DNA of 59,941 nucleotides, filler included, from Hausera hauseri (lineage: Eukaryota): assembly GCA_046269625.1 (NCBI GenBank). It is 10 parts of 10 records of this genome, joined end to end, with 100 filler letters (N's around TTAATTAATTAA, not from the genome) between each part and the next. Parts side by side here need not be neighbours in the genome. Positions count along the whole stretch, not along the records: positions 11,978 to 16,705 come from JBJURY010458912.1; positions 16,806 to 27,751 come from JBJURY010141093.1; 8 more parts are not named here. One strand, written 5' to 3'. The notes beneath the pieces were generated by a model that was not told the DNA's origin, made no database searches, and saw only the letters and a list, made by a program, of their open reading frames with translations. A program made the translations under genes and the position numbers. Below are positions 11,998-24,469 of this stretch, piece by piece (the stretch's first letter is position 1; each line of letters starts with the position of its first letter).

Positions 11998-12449
11998 ATG
12001 TCTTTGGAAAAGAATTCAGCAGGTGACAGTCTCTCAAAAGCGCCACAGTACAGCGAATATTCGCTTAGAAATTCCCAATTGTATAGTGGATACAACTTAC
12101 ATTATTTGCGCAACGCTATTCAATTGCCATTGACGCAAACGGTCAAAATCAAAGCGGTGAAATATGGTCTATTGGTAAAAAAAATCGGCAATGATGATTT
12201 GGATACAATGGAAGACACAATTAAAAAGTTGACAGTGATTTGGAGTTGAGTAACGATATCCGAGATACATTGTCGATTTTTCTCAAAGGAAATATGGCGA
12301 AAATTGTCAGTTCACATTGCGGAGAAGCAGCAGCAGTTTTGCCACCGGAAGGAGCTAAATGTTACCTGACACTGAAGATCAAAGGATACAAGGAGAGGAG
12401 CGGCATCAAATCCCCAATATGGAAAATGGGGAAGTTTACTATGATTTAA
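11998..12449 (+). pseudogene. Polinton-associated conserved protein of unknown function (frameshifted)
   Basis: KIKGYKERSGIKSPIWK matches VLQGYKEKAGIKSQIWR on the minus strand at about 49530-49590. Confidence 0.55.
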
Positions 12450-12736
12450 CTGACTTACTTTGTGTGTTTTAGTCATTTTAGTTTTTCGCCGATCAATAAA
12501 TAAATGTATTCATGTTACATATTTTGTCTTCTCGTGCAAGGTTATTGTTTTACTTTTACTTCTATCTTACTTAATAATAATAGGTTAAGTAAATAACCGA
12601 AAACAAAACATAAAAGACACTGAACAATATACGTTATTAAAATATAAAAAACAATATATATCGGATAATTGTCAATGATTGTCACAGTAACTGAACTGAA
12701 CTGAACCGACAGATGACCACTTGTTTGGACGTGCGT

Positions 12737-15700
12737 TTATTTTAGCCGCCAATGTCCATACGCCCAACTCTTATTTCTCCCAACCCACTTTCACTTATCA
12801 TCGTCACATGACAAAGCGACTTTCGCACTAGTTATTGTGTACAGCTGGTGCTGAATTGATTGGATTATAGTTTGAGACACAACAGCCACTGATTGTCCTC
12901 CTTCTCATGCTGTAGCTGCTGCTGCTTCATATATACGGCAATAATCACCGTGGCCAATTTCCGTCTGCTGCAACTGGAATCCTTTTGCTCGAATTTTCGG
13001 TTCACAGTCTGTCAGGAGACTGTAGCACTTTGTGCGTAAAAATATCCATTCCCGATACTGAACCAGACCTTCATTTTCATCCGTGAAGCAGCCGATTTTG
13101 TTGATTATCGCGCTGCTGTATAACGGATGACACGGTTGGTAATTGGACGTGTCCAGTAACCCATCTTACTGTATTTTATGCAGTATCTGTTCGCGATTGA
13201 GTTTTTTAACCGCAGGAAAAAACCGTCTGTGTCACTGGCAATTATACTAATGTCACAGCCGTCAAAAATTTGCCGGTAACGTTCCAAGTTGCGATACTGT
13301 AGCTTATACATGCGCAACTTGCTCATGTCCAATACCATTTGTCCGATGTGACTTGGCCGATCCAGTATGACTTCTCCTCTGTTTAATAGCACCGCAACCA
13401 ATCCATCGTCAATGCTCATTGATTGCCGAAATTGTCTTGCTGGTATACATAATCAGCCGCTTTTCGGTGTTGCATAGGCGTACATTGAGCCGCTTTTTCA
13501 GATTCGCCACTGTTTGTCCGTACAGGGAATTGTTTTCCAGTTTGTAACCGTCATTTTTGTACTTTGAACAAGCTGCGGCTCGTTTCTCCGAATTTCCATC
13601 TATGCACGCCTTGAATATAAGCGCCTAAGCAAATTGGATTGCACGATGCAGCTATGCAACGCGAACACCGAGCTGCATGCAGAACTGTAGCAGATGCCAA
13701 TGGACCACGTAATTCAGCTTCGGTTCATGCGTCATGAGCAGTTTCTTTACTTTTGAGCCTGGTGGACATTAGTTAAATGGTGCAACCGGCAAATCGTCCA
13801 AAACGTCATGCAGCTCATCTGGTATCTTGAGATCGACCGCCATAAGTTGTCCGACTGAGCTTGTCATGTCTGCTCGTGGTAGGTTGACCATTATGTCGTC
13901 CAGATCTTGTCTGTCGACTACCCATTCGAATGAACCGTACGGCGAGGGTTGCGGAAGTGCCCAGCCGTACAAGTTATTAATACCAATATACAGCAGTAAT
14001 GTGGTATCGGTAGCACTGACTGCTGCTTGTTGACAAATGCCATGCCACCTGAAATACCAACATCAAACAGTTGGTACATTTCCGGGTCTTGCAGCAGCTC
14101 AATATCTCGATCCAGTGACATTAGAGCTGACGCCCAACTCTTTCCGAGTATTGAGTAAAAGTTTAGTGGTTTCAGCCTATCTTCAGCCAACGCTTTCGCC
14201 CGAAACGCTTGGAACACATCGGTTAATAAGTACACGTCCAATTACGATACTGAAGCATGTAATCCAACATGTTTCTGTAGCCGAGTTCTGTCCAACACAT
14301 CTGCACTTTCCGGTATTCATCCTCTGCGATACCTGTCCATCGTGGCGGTAATTCCTCTGCTGTTCGGAGTCTCTCATATGATGCTGCAAAGTCATATGGG
14401 AATATGCCTTTGCTACGCGCAATATGTGTGGAAAATTTCGTCAATATTATCGGCACATCCGAGAAGGCATTTACGAGATTTGCTAGAGACTCATTGAGAA
14501 ATTGCAATAAGTCGAGGAAGCGTACTTGGAACCGGTTTATGCGTGCTGACAGGGACAGGTATTTCTCGATTGTTGTTGGGATTACTGACAGTTCCCAGTG
14601 AGCAAACCCATTAATTGTCCATTTCAGTATATGGTGACAGTAATAACCTCAAAAATTATGAAAGATTACCGGCAGGAATGGCCGCACACGCCTTTCCAAA
14701 TTGCACAAATTGCATGCTGATCCCAAATATCGACCGGTGAAATGGTCATGGTCCGGTACAAGCCGTTCGTGTGCATCGAACGGTAATATTTTGTGGCACA
14801 GATAGCATTCATCGGTTGCAGCGAACATCGGCGGTTCATATTCATCTGTCCAAATCAATGGTTTAATGGAATTATTGCGATACCACGGTTCGATTTCCGT
14901 TTCTATTATCGTTTCCAAACGCTGCAAAAAATTACGTACGTAGTTCCAGCCGTGAAAGGCGTAATACTGTGGCTAACAGACTGCTTTTATTGGACAAACA
15001 ACATACCAACGGCGATTAAAACGTGTTTTTGATCCCACATGGTGTGCAGTGGTAGAATTGCCTCAATATCGGCATATACCACATATGCCAGACTGTTCGT
15101 TTTTGACCAGTCACTGAATCGGAGCTCCTTTTTGAGTGGCATAACGTACATGGTTGTTCCAGTTGAATTCTGCTTGCACAGCGTCACATGTTTCGACCAT
15201 TTTGTTTTTGACCTGAATCTATGCAGACATACAGGACATCATTTGCATTGTATTCGCTTTTTGATAAACTGGTCATGCTCCATGTTCAACAGTCTATTTA
15301 GATTTGTCACTGCCACGTAATGAACTTTTTCGGCCTGCTCCAACAGCAACAAATTTACCGAGCGTCAGTTCGGGTTCCGACTGCAATAAATTATGTCCGC
15401 ACCGGGGTTCTTATAAATTTATTCGTTTTCCGGTATTTCAATTATTGTGTTGTACTAGAAAACATTGATTTACAGCACCGGATTATGCCGTTCAAAAGCC
15501 GGAATCATTTTCATCGGCATCCAGAATTCATTAAATTTAAATTCGGAAACGTACTGCCGATACTGATTTGGACGATTTGCATGATATCTGTTCACTTCGC
15601 TGTACTTCAATACAGCCAGAATACTGTACAGAAAACAGTATTCGTCGTCAGTATTTTGTACATTCACTACCGCCAGAGACTGCTTTAGATATGCAGGTAT

Positions 15701-16190
15701 CCTATGAATAACCGTCCAGACAAATATACCACGCCACTCAACTTTGTTATGATAAAGCCGAGTGTGACACTTCGTATAAATTGCCATCCACTATCCTTTT
15801 CGGTATAGTTGGCGATCTTCTCATCCAACTTTTCGCATATATCGGCAATAAAATCTTCCGAATACGGTACGGCTCGATATGACAGGTACCATTGTTTCCT
15901 GTCACCTACAACGTTTTCAAATTATGCAAGTGCATAATATTGCACTTTGCAGTTGTTGCGTTTGAATTTATCCACCTGTAATTCCAACCGGCTACGCACA
16001 CCGGACGGAACATGTCTCAGCTGTACTGTTGTTGTCCTCGAAATGTTTGCTTTCATGTCCACGTACGATTTGATTAGATCGTACTTGACAGTAATGGAAG
16101 GTTCCTGCTGTTGCACCTGCTGCTATTCGGTACTGTTTTGGATGTATTCGTCAAGACGTGTTCAGGCCTGACGTTTCCTGCTTGTTCAGA
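12737..16190 (-). pseudogene. Polinton/adintovirus protein-primed DNA polymerase B (pPolB)
   Basis: VVYADIEA; DHDHFTGRYLGSACNLCN; VIFHN; KGIFPYD; DVYLLTDVF; NNLYGWA; NSLYG; SDTDG; C-terminal DDDK...SWAYGHWRLK* ending at 12737. Confidence 0.95.
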
Positions 16191-16608
16191 GGTTACTGGT
16201 TTTTTTCGTCGACATCACTATTTCCTTTCTGGACCGCTGAAATTGGTTTATGTGGTCCTTGTGCTGGTTATAAAATTGTTCATAGCTGATTTTATCAACT
16301 ATCGAACAACCGGGACAAACGTAGGCCCGTTTACCGTGCACCATTGTGGCGTCATAGTATTGCCCCATTGCACTATGGCAACCATCAACTTCATGTACTC
16401 TACTACTACAATATCGGGGGTATGTGTGGCAATGCACAAGCATCATCTTTTTTGCACGCTTAAACGGCCAAGATGATGCTTGTGCATCGCATAAAAGTTG
16501 GGGTATAAACAAGGGGATGAAATAATAACGCACGTTTGGCCAAATGTGAGTCCGTGCCAACGGTGTAACATTTAGCCATCTGCTGATGGTACTGTTCCTG
16601 CTCCGCAT
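16186..16608 (-). CDS. Cys/His-rich (C2H2-like) region immediately upstream of pPolB
   Basis: YVCPGCSIVDKISYEQFYNQHKDH; homologous to 46839-47462 and 54060-54472. Confidence 0.65.
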   Translation of the reverse strand: MRSRNSTISRWLNVTPLARTHIWPNVRYYFIPLFIPQLLCDAQASSWPFKRAKKMMLVHCHTYPRYCSSRVHEVDGCHSAMGQYYDATMVHGKRAYVCPGCSIVDKISYEQFYNQHKDHINQFQRSRKEIVMSTKKTSNL

Positions 16609-16705
16609 ATATGGGCGAGACGCAATACATGGGATAATTACAAAATAAAATAAATGTTTTATATTAAGTTATAAATACTATAAATTGAGAAGTGACTTAT
16701 AAACA

Positions 16706-16805
16706 NNNNNNNNNNNNNNNNNNNNNNNNNNNNNNNNNNNNNNNNNNNNTTAATTAATTAANNNNNNNNNNNNNNNNNNNNNNNNNNNNNNNNNNNNNNN
16801 NNNNN
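16706..16805. other. Artificial contig linker
   Basis: 44N-TTAATTAATTAA-44N. Confidence 0.99.
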
Positions 16806-17087
16806 TGGGCTGCACACTTGAACTGTTCACCAATCGATGCATCTCGATGTGCTCTATCGAGTAGCACTTTGTCCCTATCGATTTGATTAATGGCGCACTG
16901 TGCAGCGATCGATTTGCCAAATGTGCAAAAGTGCCCTTAGCAACGGTGCCTGGCGCCACCGTTGCCAGGCACTTTTTGTATGGATAGTGCTCCGGGTGCA
17001 CTATCGATTGGCATATGTGCAAAACTGATTTATCGATTACCCCTCCCCCCACCCCGGGTGGGACAGAAAGCACATTTTCACACTACT
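16806..17087. mobile_element. Probable Polinton terminal inverted repeat end
   Basis: GC-richer palindromic block ending CACACTACT; ACTACT at 17082-17087 is the reverse complement of the canonical Polinton 5'-AGTAGT terminus; abrupt switch to A-rich retroelement coding sequence afterwards. Confidence 0.65.
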
Positions 17088-17195
17088 GACGAGAAAATAA
17101 GACAATTGTTGCCACAAATATGACAATTTGAAGAAACTTGCATTAAAACCAAACAGAGAGCGGTAAGATTAGACGAACTAACTAAAGGGCTCAAA

Positions 17196-18167
17196 GTGTA
17201 TAAAAATAACTATGCTCTTACAGAAGCAGAAAAGACTGACAAGTCACAATTTGTTCAAAGATGGCCAAGAGACGTAGCCTCCGAGTTAACCAATTATCAA
17301 GAACCAGGATTTATATCAGGTGAAGAATTGTGTCAGCTGCTAACAGTATTACGCCAAACTTCCGGAAACGGACGTTGTTTCCGAAGCACACAAATGGTTA
17401 TAATGCAACAAAAACTACGGGAACTAAGAGAATCAAATAAGGATGCGAACTTAGTCCGGCCGTTAGAAACTCCGGAGATTGATTTCGGACTACCCGAAAA
17501 CGAAAACGAATGGGACGCGTATCTGAATGCAATAGTTGCCGAAAACCCGAAAACTCCCGTGCACTTGTACGAAACGGAGACATGTCCACCAGATCAGAGA
17601 TTCAATGTGGAGATGCTTCTGGACTCGGCACAAACTGAAAAGGATCTAATAAAGTTAATAAATGTAAACCTTACCGAAAATCAATTAAGACGGTTAGTTC
17701 CCACCCTAACTAAATTATCTAGCGAAGGTACGATTTATCGTGCTGCACAAAAACTTTTAATCAAAGAATATGCTAAAATCTTAAGGACAAGGCCCGAAGA
17801 GACGATTAAAGTAATAATAACGTCTGACTGAATGGACTAGAAGGAGCACGAGTTTACAACACGTTCCCTTGTGAAGGATGTAGCACTGTGGTTAAGGAGT
17901 AATGGTCATAAAAATGAATTGAACTGTAGGCTTCATTTTAGAGGAAGAATATTAGACAAACTGGAACTACTAATAGAAATTGGAATTATTCCAGACGAAG
18001 CAAACCGCATAGCGGTTACCATTCCCACCGACGAAGCAAAAGAAGAGGCCACCAGAAGGGCGAAGACTGAACAGTGGGTAGGACGAATTGTAGGAGTTCG
18101 ACATGCAGCAATGTACTTCAAATACTTGCAAAAGATGAAGACAAGGAACAATATGATAAGAATTTAG
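17196..18167 (+). pseudogene. N-terminal ORF with a ubiquitin-like domain (about 17800-18030)
   Basis: ORFs 17196 and 17871 are in one frame across two stops: TIKVIITSD*MD*KEHEFTTRSLVKDVALWL...CRLHFRGRILDKLELLIEIGI, compared with ubiquitin [21 protein letters not shown]. Confidence 0.55.
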
Positions 18168-20283
18168 TGCCACCCAGTAATATCGCACAGACAGTAACCA
18201 AACAGAAGCCTCCTGTCGGCAGGCCACGGAAGACACGAGAAGAAATCGACTATAACGGAGACATATTCGAATTTAATAAGACCACAAGCTTGGCAAGGAA
18301 GGCTGCCAGGAAACTGCCCCAAGAAGTAAACTGGTCCAAATTATTTGAAAAAGAAGAAGAACGTCAAAATAGACCCTTTCTTGACAATAATAGATTTGTA
18401 GACCTGCTACAAAACGTAACCGGAAATAATAGAGGAAATGGGCCAAACTGGCTAATTAACTTCTTAACCGTGATGATGTTAATAAGACAAATGGGTGCAG
18501 TTACAGTGTACGACTGCGGCAAATATAAACTTGGCCAAAAATACTCATTAATGGACTTAGAAATGTGTGAGGATGCGAGACCACATAAACTAGAAACAAA
18601 AGAGAAAAATTACGTGCTATACCAACAACGCGAACTAGTTACATTAGACGGAATAGAATGTATGTTGCGACGATCCCGTAGTATTTTCCATTGTGGACTA
18701 GTACATGAGCATATATCGATAATCAAGCCAACAACCCCACCAATTCCGATGAACTTAGAACGCCAGCACTGTAAGCAAGCTAGACAGACTGGAAGATTAA
18801 AATGGGATGACATGGAATTGGAAATGCAACAAGGAAAGATAATTAGAGTATATAACCCGGCAGCTGGAAGACTACATATGCATATCGAACATTGTCACGG
18901 TACGGAGTATGATACTGGAAAGGGATTAGAGTCGAATATCGTAGTGGTAGATTTTTACAAAACCGAGATGCGCCTACAAAAGGTAATGTTCCGTAGCGTT
19001 ACTAAACTTTACACGGAAAACCAGAAGTGCCACATTCAGGACGGTACTTGCTCTTTTAGAAGCTCCGTGGTAATTTGGGAACTCCCAGCCAAGGCCGATT
19101 GCAATTTTATCAGAATTAAAGAACTTAAGTTTAATGAGACAACAGGGAAACGATACATACGTAGCACGGAAACTAACTCTAAAACACGAGAAGATGTAGC
19201 CAAACAGTCCACACCTGCTATACTGATTTCTGATATTTATGGATTAAAATTTGTGAAGATGTACTAGAAAGATGCAATGTCATAATGTACGCCACCAATT
19301 ATGAAGAATTCATTGTAGCTGAGACGGAGATAAACGCCAGAACGTTTAAGCTCGAGACTCAAGATATTCGAATTGAGGATTATTTGAAAGAGACGACCAT
19401 TTCTACTATAAAGGACAAGTTGGAATAGCCGAGTTATATAACAAAATGATAACAAATGACTGCAAATTTGACTTGGAAGTTATGAGGACTAAACTGGTTT
19501 TAATATATGATAACCCCGAATTAGCGTCACTAATAATTCCGATGAAAGAAGGCGTTTTCGGTCGGGTAACCGGAGAAGTCCTGCTGACCTATAAATGTGA
19601 AAAAAACGATGAACCTATTAATATGGAAGAGAAGAGGTGTATACAGGAACTTCCAGTAATATACCAAGACGTACAAAGGTTAGTAACACCAATTACTAGA
19701 GTATTGTTGGCAAACTCTACTCAACCGACAATTTTGAGACTGCAAGACCAGCCTAGGCGAATCAATGTTCAGACGTAGCAAAACCTATTGGGTAAGTTTG
19801 CCAAACGGCGGCATAATTACGCTGCAGACCAAGTTAACAGGAACAAACTTAATAATAGGAAAAACCGATGATAAATTTCAAGATACCGCCGCAAAGGGCA
19901 TTTAACGACCAAAAGAGGTAGAGGCGTTCAGACAATTCCTCGCTTTTCCTCGTCAGCGCACACATGAATTAAACAGAACGATGCATACAATACCAGAGGA
20001 CTCGCGTTATCAAGCGAAGTGGAAATCATTGCTTGGTGTCAACTACTACCGAAGAGTAACTACGGAAATATTGTATAAAATTTGGGGAAGATTCCTGATA
20101 TTCGAACAAGCCGCGTCAGGATTCCTAGCAATTTATTTCTTGATTCAACTGATCAAAGCGATAATTCAAGCGATTATAAATGGATACGAGATATTCACTT
20201 TGACAGGATTCTCGTGTAAGATTCTAACAGCTATTATAACACCTCTCGGTAAATTCTTAAAGGCTTATAAAGAGAGTAAATAG
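18074..20283 (+). pseudogene. Chuvirus-like glycoprotein with internal signal peptide and C-terminal membrane region
   Basis: WLINFLTVMMLIRQMGA/VTVYDC...YSLMDLEMC...IECMLRRSRSIFHCGLVHEHISII...CKQARQTG...AG...CHG...GVFGRVTGEVLLTYKC...CIQELPV...IWGRFLIFEQAASGFLAIYFLIQLIKAIIQAIINGY. Confidence 0.85.
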
Positions 20284-20959
20284 AAAGCGGATGTGGAACG
20301 ACATGTTGACTACCATAATCGAAAACGTAAGACATTCGATTACAAGCAAAAATTCATGGATACTAATACACGAAGATATAACTCTGACATGACGAGCCTA
20401 AGGGAGGAGACGTTCTCTCCAAGTCGAACAGGCACAAAAACTACTCTGCTATGAAACTACCATTACCAATACTACCGCCAACGGCACCTATATATGAAGA
20501 CTGTGAGAAACAATCTGAGCTCGTGCCAGACAGGAGTCAATCGGAAGCCGTTTAATCTAGAGGATCCTTACGAAGGAACAAAACACTATGGGATATTGCG
20601 TAAGATCCACGAAACAAAAAGAACGTCTGCCCCACATCGCCGCGCGGCAATCGACGATCACGGTATAATTTATTCACCTAGAATACCTAAATCAAACGAA
20701 AGGCAGTCAACATTTACCGGAAGCCGCGAAACACACCATCTCAGAAACCAAGAGATCCAGCCGCCAGTTAGAAAACAGGAGATAGAAAACGTAAATGGTA
20801 TGAATAACGAACTATACCCAATTGGAGTGTTAAGACAATTAATCGATTGGCCAGTTGAAACCACTGATGTCACCATCAACGGCTATACGTTATCCACAAT
20901 ACGACACCCCCACATAGAACCAAGCTATTACGGTGCCGTAATCGAAGGAAGCCCTTCGC

Positions 20960-23900
20960 AAAAATTCAAATAGAAGATTGGGAAGTTTGCGGACTGATAG
21001 ATACAGGATCCTAAATCTTGCTGATAAAGTATAATTCGATACCACAATTCCTAAGGAAACAATTATATCCATCTCCTACAACAGACCCAGGAAGTGTCGG
21101 AGCCTTCGGCCAATCGTCTAAAAGCAAATTTCGTTGGAAATTGGAAATTCGCATAATGGGACAATCTTTCCATCATGAATTTTCAGTAATGGAACAATTA
21201 ACGGATGATGTAGTATTGGGGTGCGATCTATTGAGGCAACTACCCAACATAGCGATAGATTTCAATGCAGGGAAATTAATAGAACTTGGTCCAATAAAAG
21301 GATTAAAACCACTAAATACAAAAAATTCGGAGAAATGTGGATTCCCGTGGATGAAAACATACCGCCCAGAACCGAATTGCTAATATATGCTCAGATACGT
21401 CATGATGACGATCAGAAAGTATATTTTAAGCCAAAAGAATCGATTAATCCTAACATTGTGCTCAGCAACGTTTTGACAAGAGTATCAACGGGCCGCGTGC
21501 CAATTAGAATAGCAAATAACGCACCGACCCCGATCAAGCTATATGCCAATACCACTTTGGGACACACGTATAGAGTGTCATCAATTACTATCGAAGAGAA
21601 ACCGTATAAAGGCTCCGAATTTCCACCCCACGTTGAGATCAAATTTTCACCGGAGTCATATAGTCGATTTTACGAATTACTTTGTCGATATAGCTCGGTT
21701 ATCGTAAAAGATGAAGAGGATATTGGCCGAGCTAAAGCTTTAAGACTCACGATCCCACTTAAGAAAAAGCCTGGGTCCAACGATAAAATAGATTTAGAGG
21801 ATCAAAAGATGCCGAAATTGTATCCCCTCCACACTCGTTAAGACCGGAGATAACCAAGGAGGTTGAACGGATGTTAAAGGCAGACATAATCAGACCAAGC
21901 TATAGACCTTATTATTCACCTATCCTTATGGTTAAGAAGAAATGTACCACTAAGCACCGATTTTGTATCGATTATCGAGCGTTAAATACGCTCACGATGA
22001 AGGACTCTTTTAAATTACCATCGGTAAAGAAAGCTCTGGATAGGCTTTCTGGAGCTAAATGGTTCACCACACTTGATTTAAAATCCGGATATTGGCAAGT
22101 AGAAATAGAGGAAGAAGACCGTTACAAAACCGCGTTTAAGACACACGACGGTATATACGAATTTAACGTCATGCCATTTGGAATAACTACCGGACCAGCC
22201 ATCTTTACCGGCATGATGAACAAGATGCTGATGGGATTAGAACACGCGTTCGCCTACCTAGATAACGTCATGATTGAGATAAAAACGGAAGAGGATCATT
22301 TAAAGGATATTGAAGGTATGCTCATGAGATTGAAGCAAGCTGGATTGAAACTGATTCCTAAGAAAGGCAAATGGGCTCAAAATGATGTATCTTATCTTGG
22401 ACACAGTCGGGGAAGGAGGATCAAAGCCGGATAGATCATTGCTAAATAAAATATAGGACTGCATGGAACCACAGAATCAAAAGGAACTAAGATACTGGTT
22501 GGGATTATGTCAGTATTATGCTACGTATGTTTCAGATAATTTGGAGATAAACACACCCTTGAATCGCTTGCTTAAAAAAGGGATAAAATGGAAATGGACC
22601 GACGTTGAACAGAAACATTTGATGAAATGACGAAAATTCTAACTAGTGAATCTGTATTAAGATATCCTTACTTCAACCTAACGTTCATAATCAAAACAGA
22701 CGCCAGTAAGGAAGGCATCGAATACGAACTAGCTCAGAAACGAGGAGACGAGGAACTAGAACATCCGATCGCATATGGAGGGGGCTCTCTAAAGAAAGCC
22801 GAGAAAAACTACTCTGTAACGAAGTTGGAAACGCTAGCGGTGAATGAAACACTGAGACATTTTAATGTATACGTCTATGGACAGAAGATTGTAATCGTCC
22901 CTGGTCACAAGGCGGTCACAACCTTGAAAGGTAGAGCAAATAATCCAACCTGTAGACTCAACAGATGGATCTAGGAGATCTCACGTTACAACATTGAATT
23001 CCAATGCAAGCCTGGAAATAAACATGTCGATGCCGATGCATTATCGAGACTTAAAACTAAGACAAGCGCAGTTGCGGTAATGAGGAAAGCCCACCTGAAA
23101 GACTTAGTAGAAAGACAACGGACTCTCACACTGGATAAGGCATTGACGATTTCTATCGAACAGAGAAACGACAAAGTTATACAACAAATTATCGAGTTTG
23201 TTGACACCAACAAACCACCAAATGGTCATAAGTTACGGAAACACCTACGACGACATGGTCACAAATACTGCATCGTAAGAAATTTGAACCACGGAAATGT
23301 TTTGTACCACAGACGAAAGGGACGAAAACTAGTCGTCATATTAAAGGGACTACGTGCGGAAGTACTAATGGCTGAACACGACTCATACCTAGCCGGACAA
23401 ATGTCGTGGAAGAAAACATTGGAAAAAATATTAAATAAATATTACTGGCCGAGCATTTACATTGACGAGATAAATTGGGTGAATGCTTGTGAAGTATACG
23501 CAATCAAACAGAGAAAAGTGAAAAACTACATCACGGAACTTAAACCTATCAATGTGCCAGATAGACTAATGCAGGCAATGTCCATGGATATTGTAGGACC
23601 ATTGCCTACAACTCACAAAAACAATAAATACATTTTGACCTGTGTAGACCGATTGACTCATTTCGTCGAGCTTATAGCGTTAATAGACCAAAAGGCCGAG
23701 ACTTTGGCAGAAGTAGTAGTCTGGAAGATTATTTGCAGATACGGACCACCTGAACAAATTTTGACAGACCAAGGAAGAAACTTTACAAGCAAATTGTTCG
23801 AAAAAATTAACAAAATTTTTGAAATTGGACGATTAACTACCACAGCTTATCATCCCCAGTGTAATGGAATGGTTGAACAGATGAACGCGACAGTTACATG

Positions 23901-24420
23901 AATCTTATCAACAGTAGTCGCAAAAGACCAGAACGATTGGGACGAGTTTTGAGAAGACACAGTTTGCCATTAATACTACACCACATCCTGCGACGGGATT
24001 CACTCCATTTTTCATGATGTACGGTAGAGAAGCTGTATTGCCCACAGATTTAGGACTGATCCCATACATAACAAGAACGGAAGATTTAGAGCAAAATTTT
24101 GTCGAGATTACACAAGTGCTGGGAAATAGCCAAAGAATTATCTAGAGAATACCAGGAACAATTCAAGAAGCAATACGACAAGAAGGCGAAACGACACAAC
24201 CTAGAACCAGGAAACTGGGTTTACGTACACTATCCAGTGGCAAAGAAAGGCACGTTTGTTAAACTTACCAGGACAGGCAAAGGACCTTATGAAGTTATCA
24301 AAACTACATCAACCACAGTTTATATAAACAAAAACGGCAAGGAGGAGGTCATATCAATTCAAAGACTAGTCAAAACGGAAATAAGACCAAACAAGCGCTA
24401 TAGTTTGCGTTCGAGCAAAG
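20960..24420 (+). pseudogene. pol: Gypsy pol: protease, RT, RNase H, integrase with GPY/F
   Basis: GLIDTGS (DTG 21000-21008); RFCIDYRALN; LDLKSGYWQV; YLDN (mutated YxDD); KTDASKEG; MDIVGP, LTDQGRNF, NGMVEQ (DDE); GKGPYEV. Confidence 0.97.
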
Positions 24421-24469
24421 CAAAATTGGACTATACAAACAAAGAAAAGAAAACGTTGTCGATAGTGAC

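Noticed and set aside
16750-17073. 107-aa ORF and other ORFs containing X runs
   Set aside because: They read through N linkers or lie in terminal-repeat DNA.
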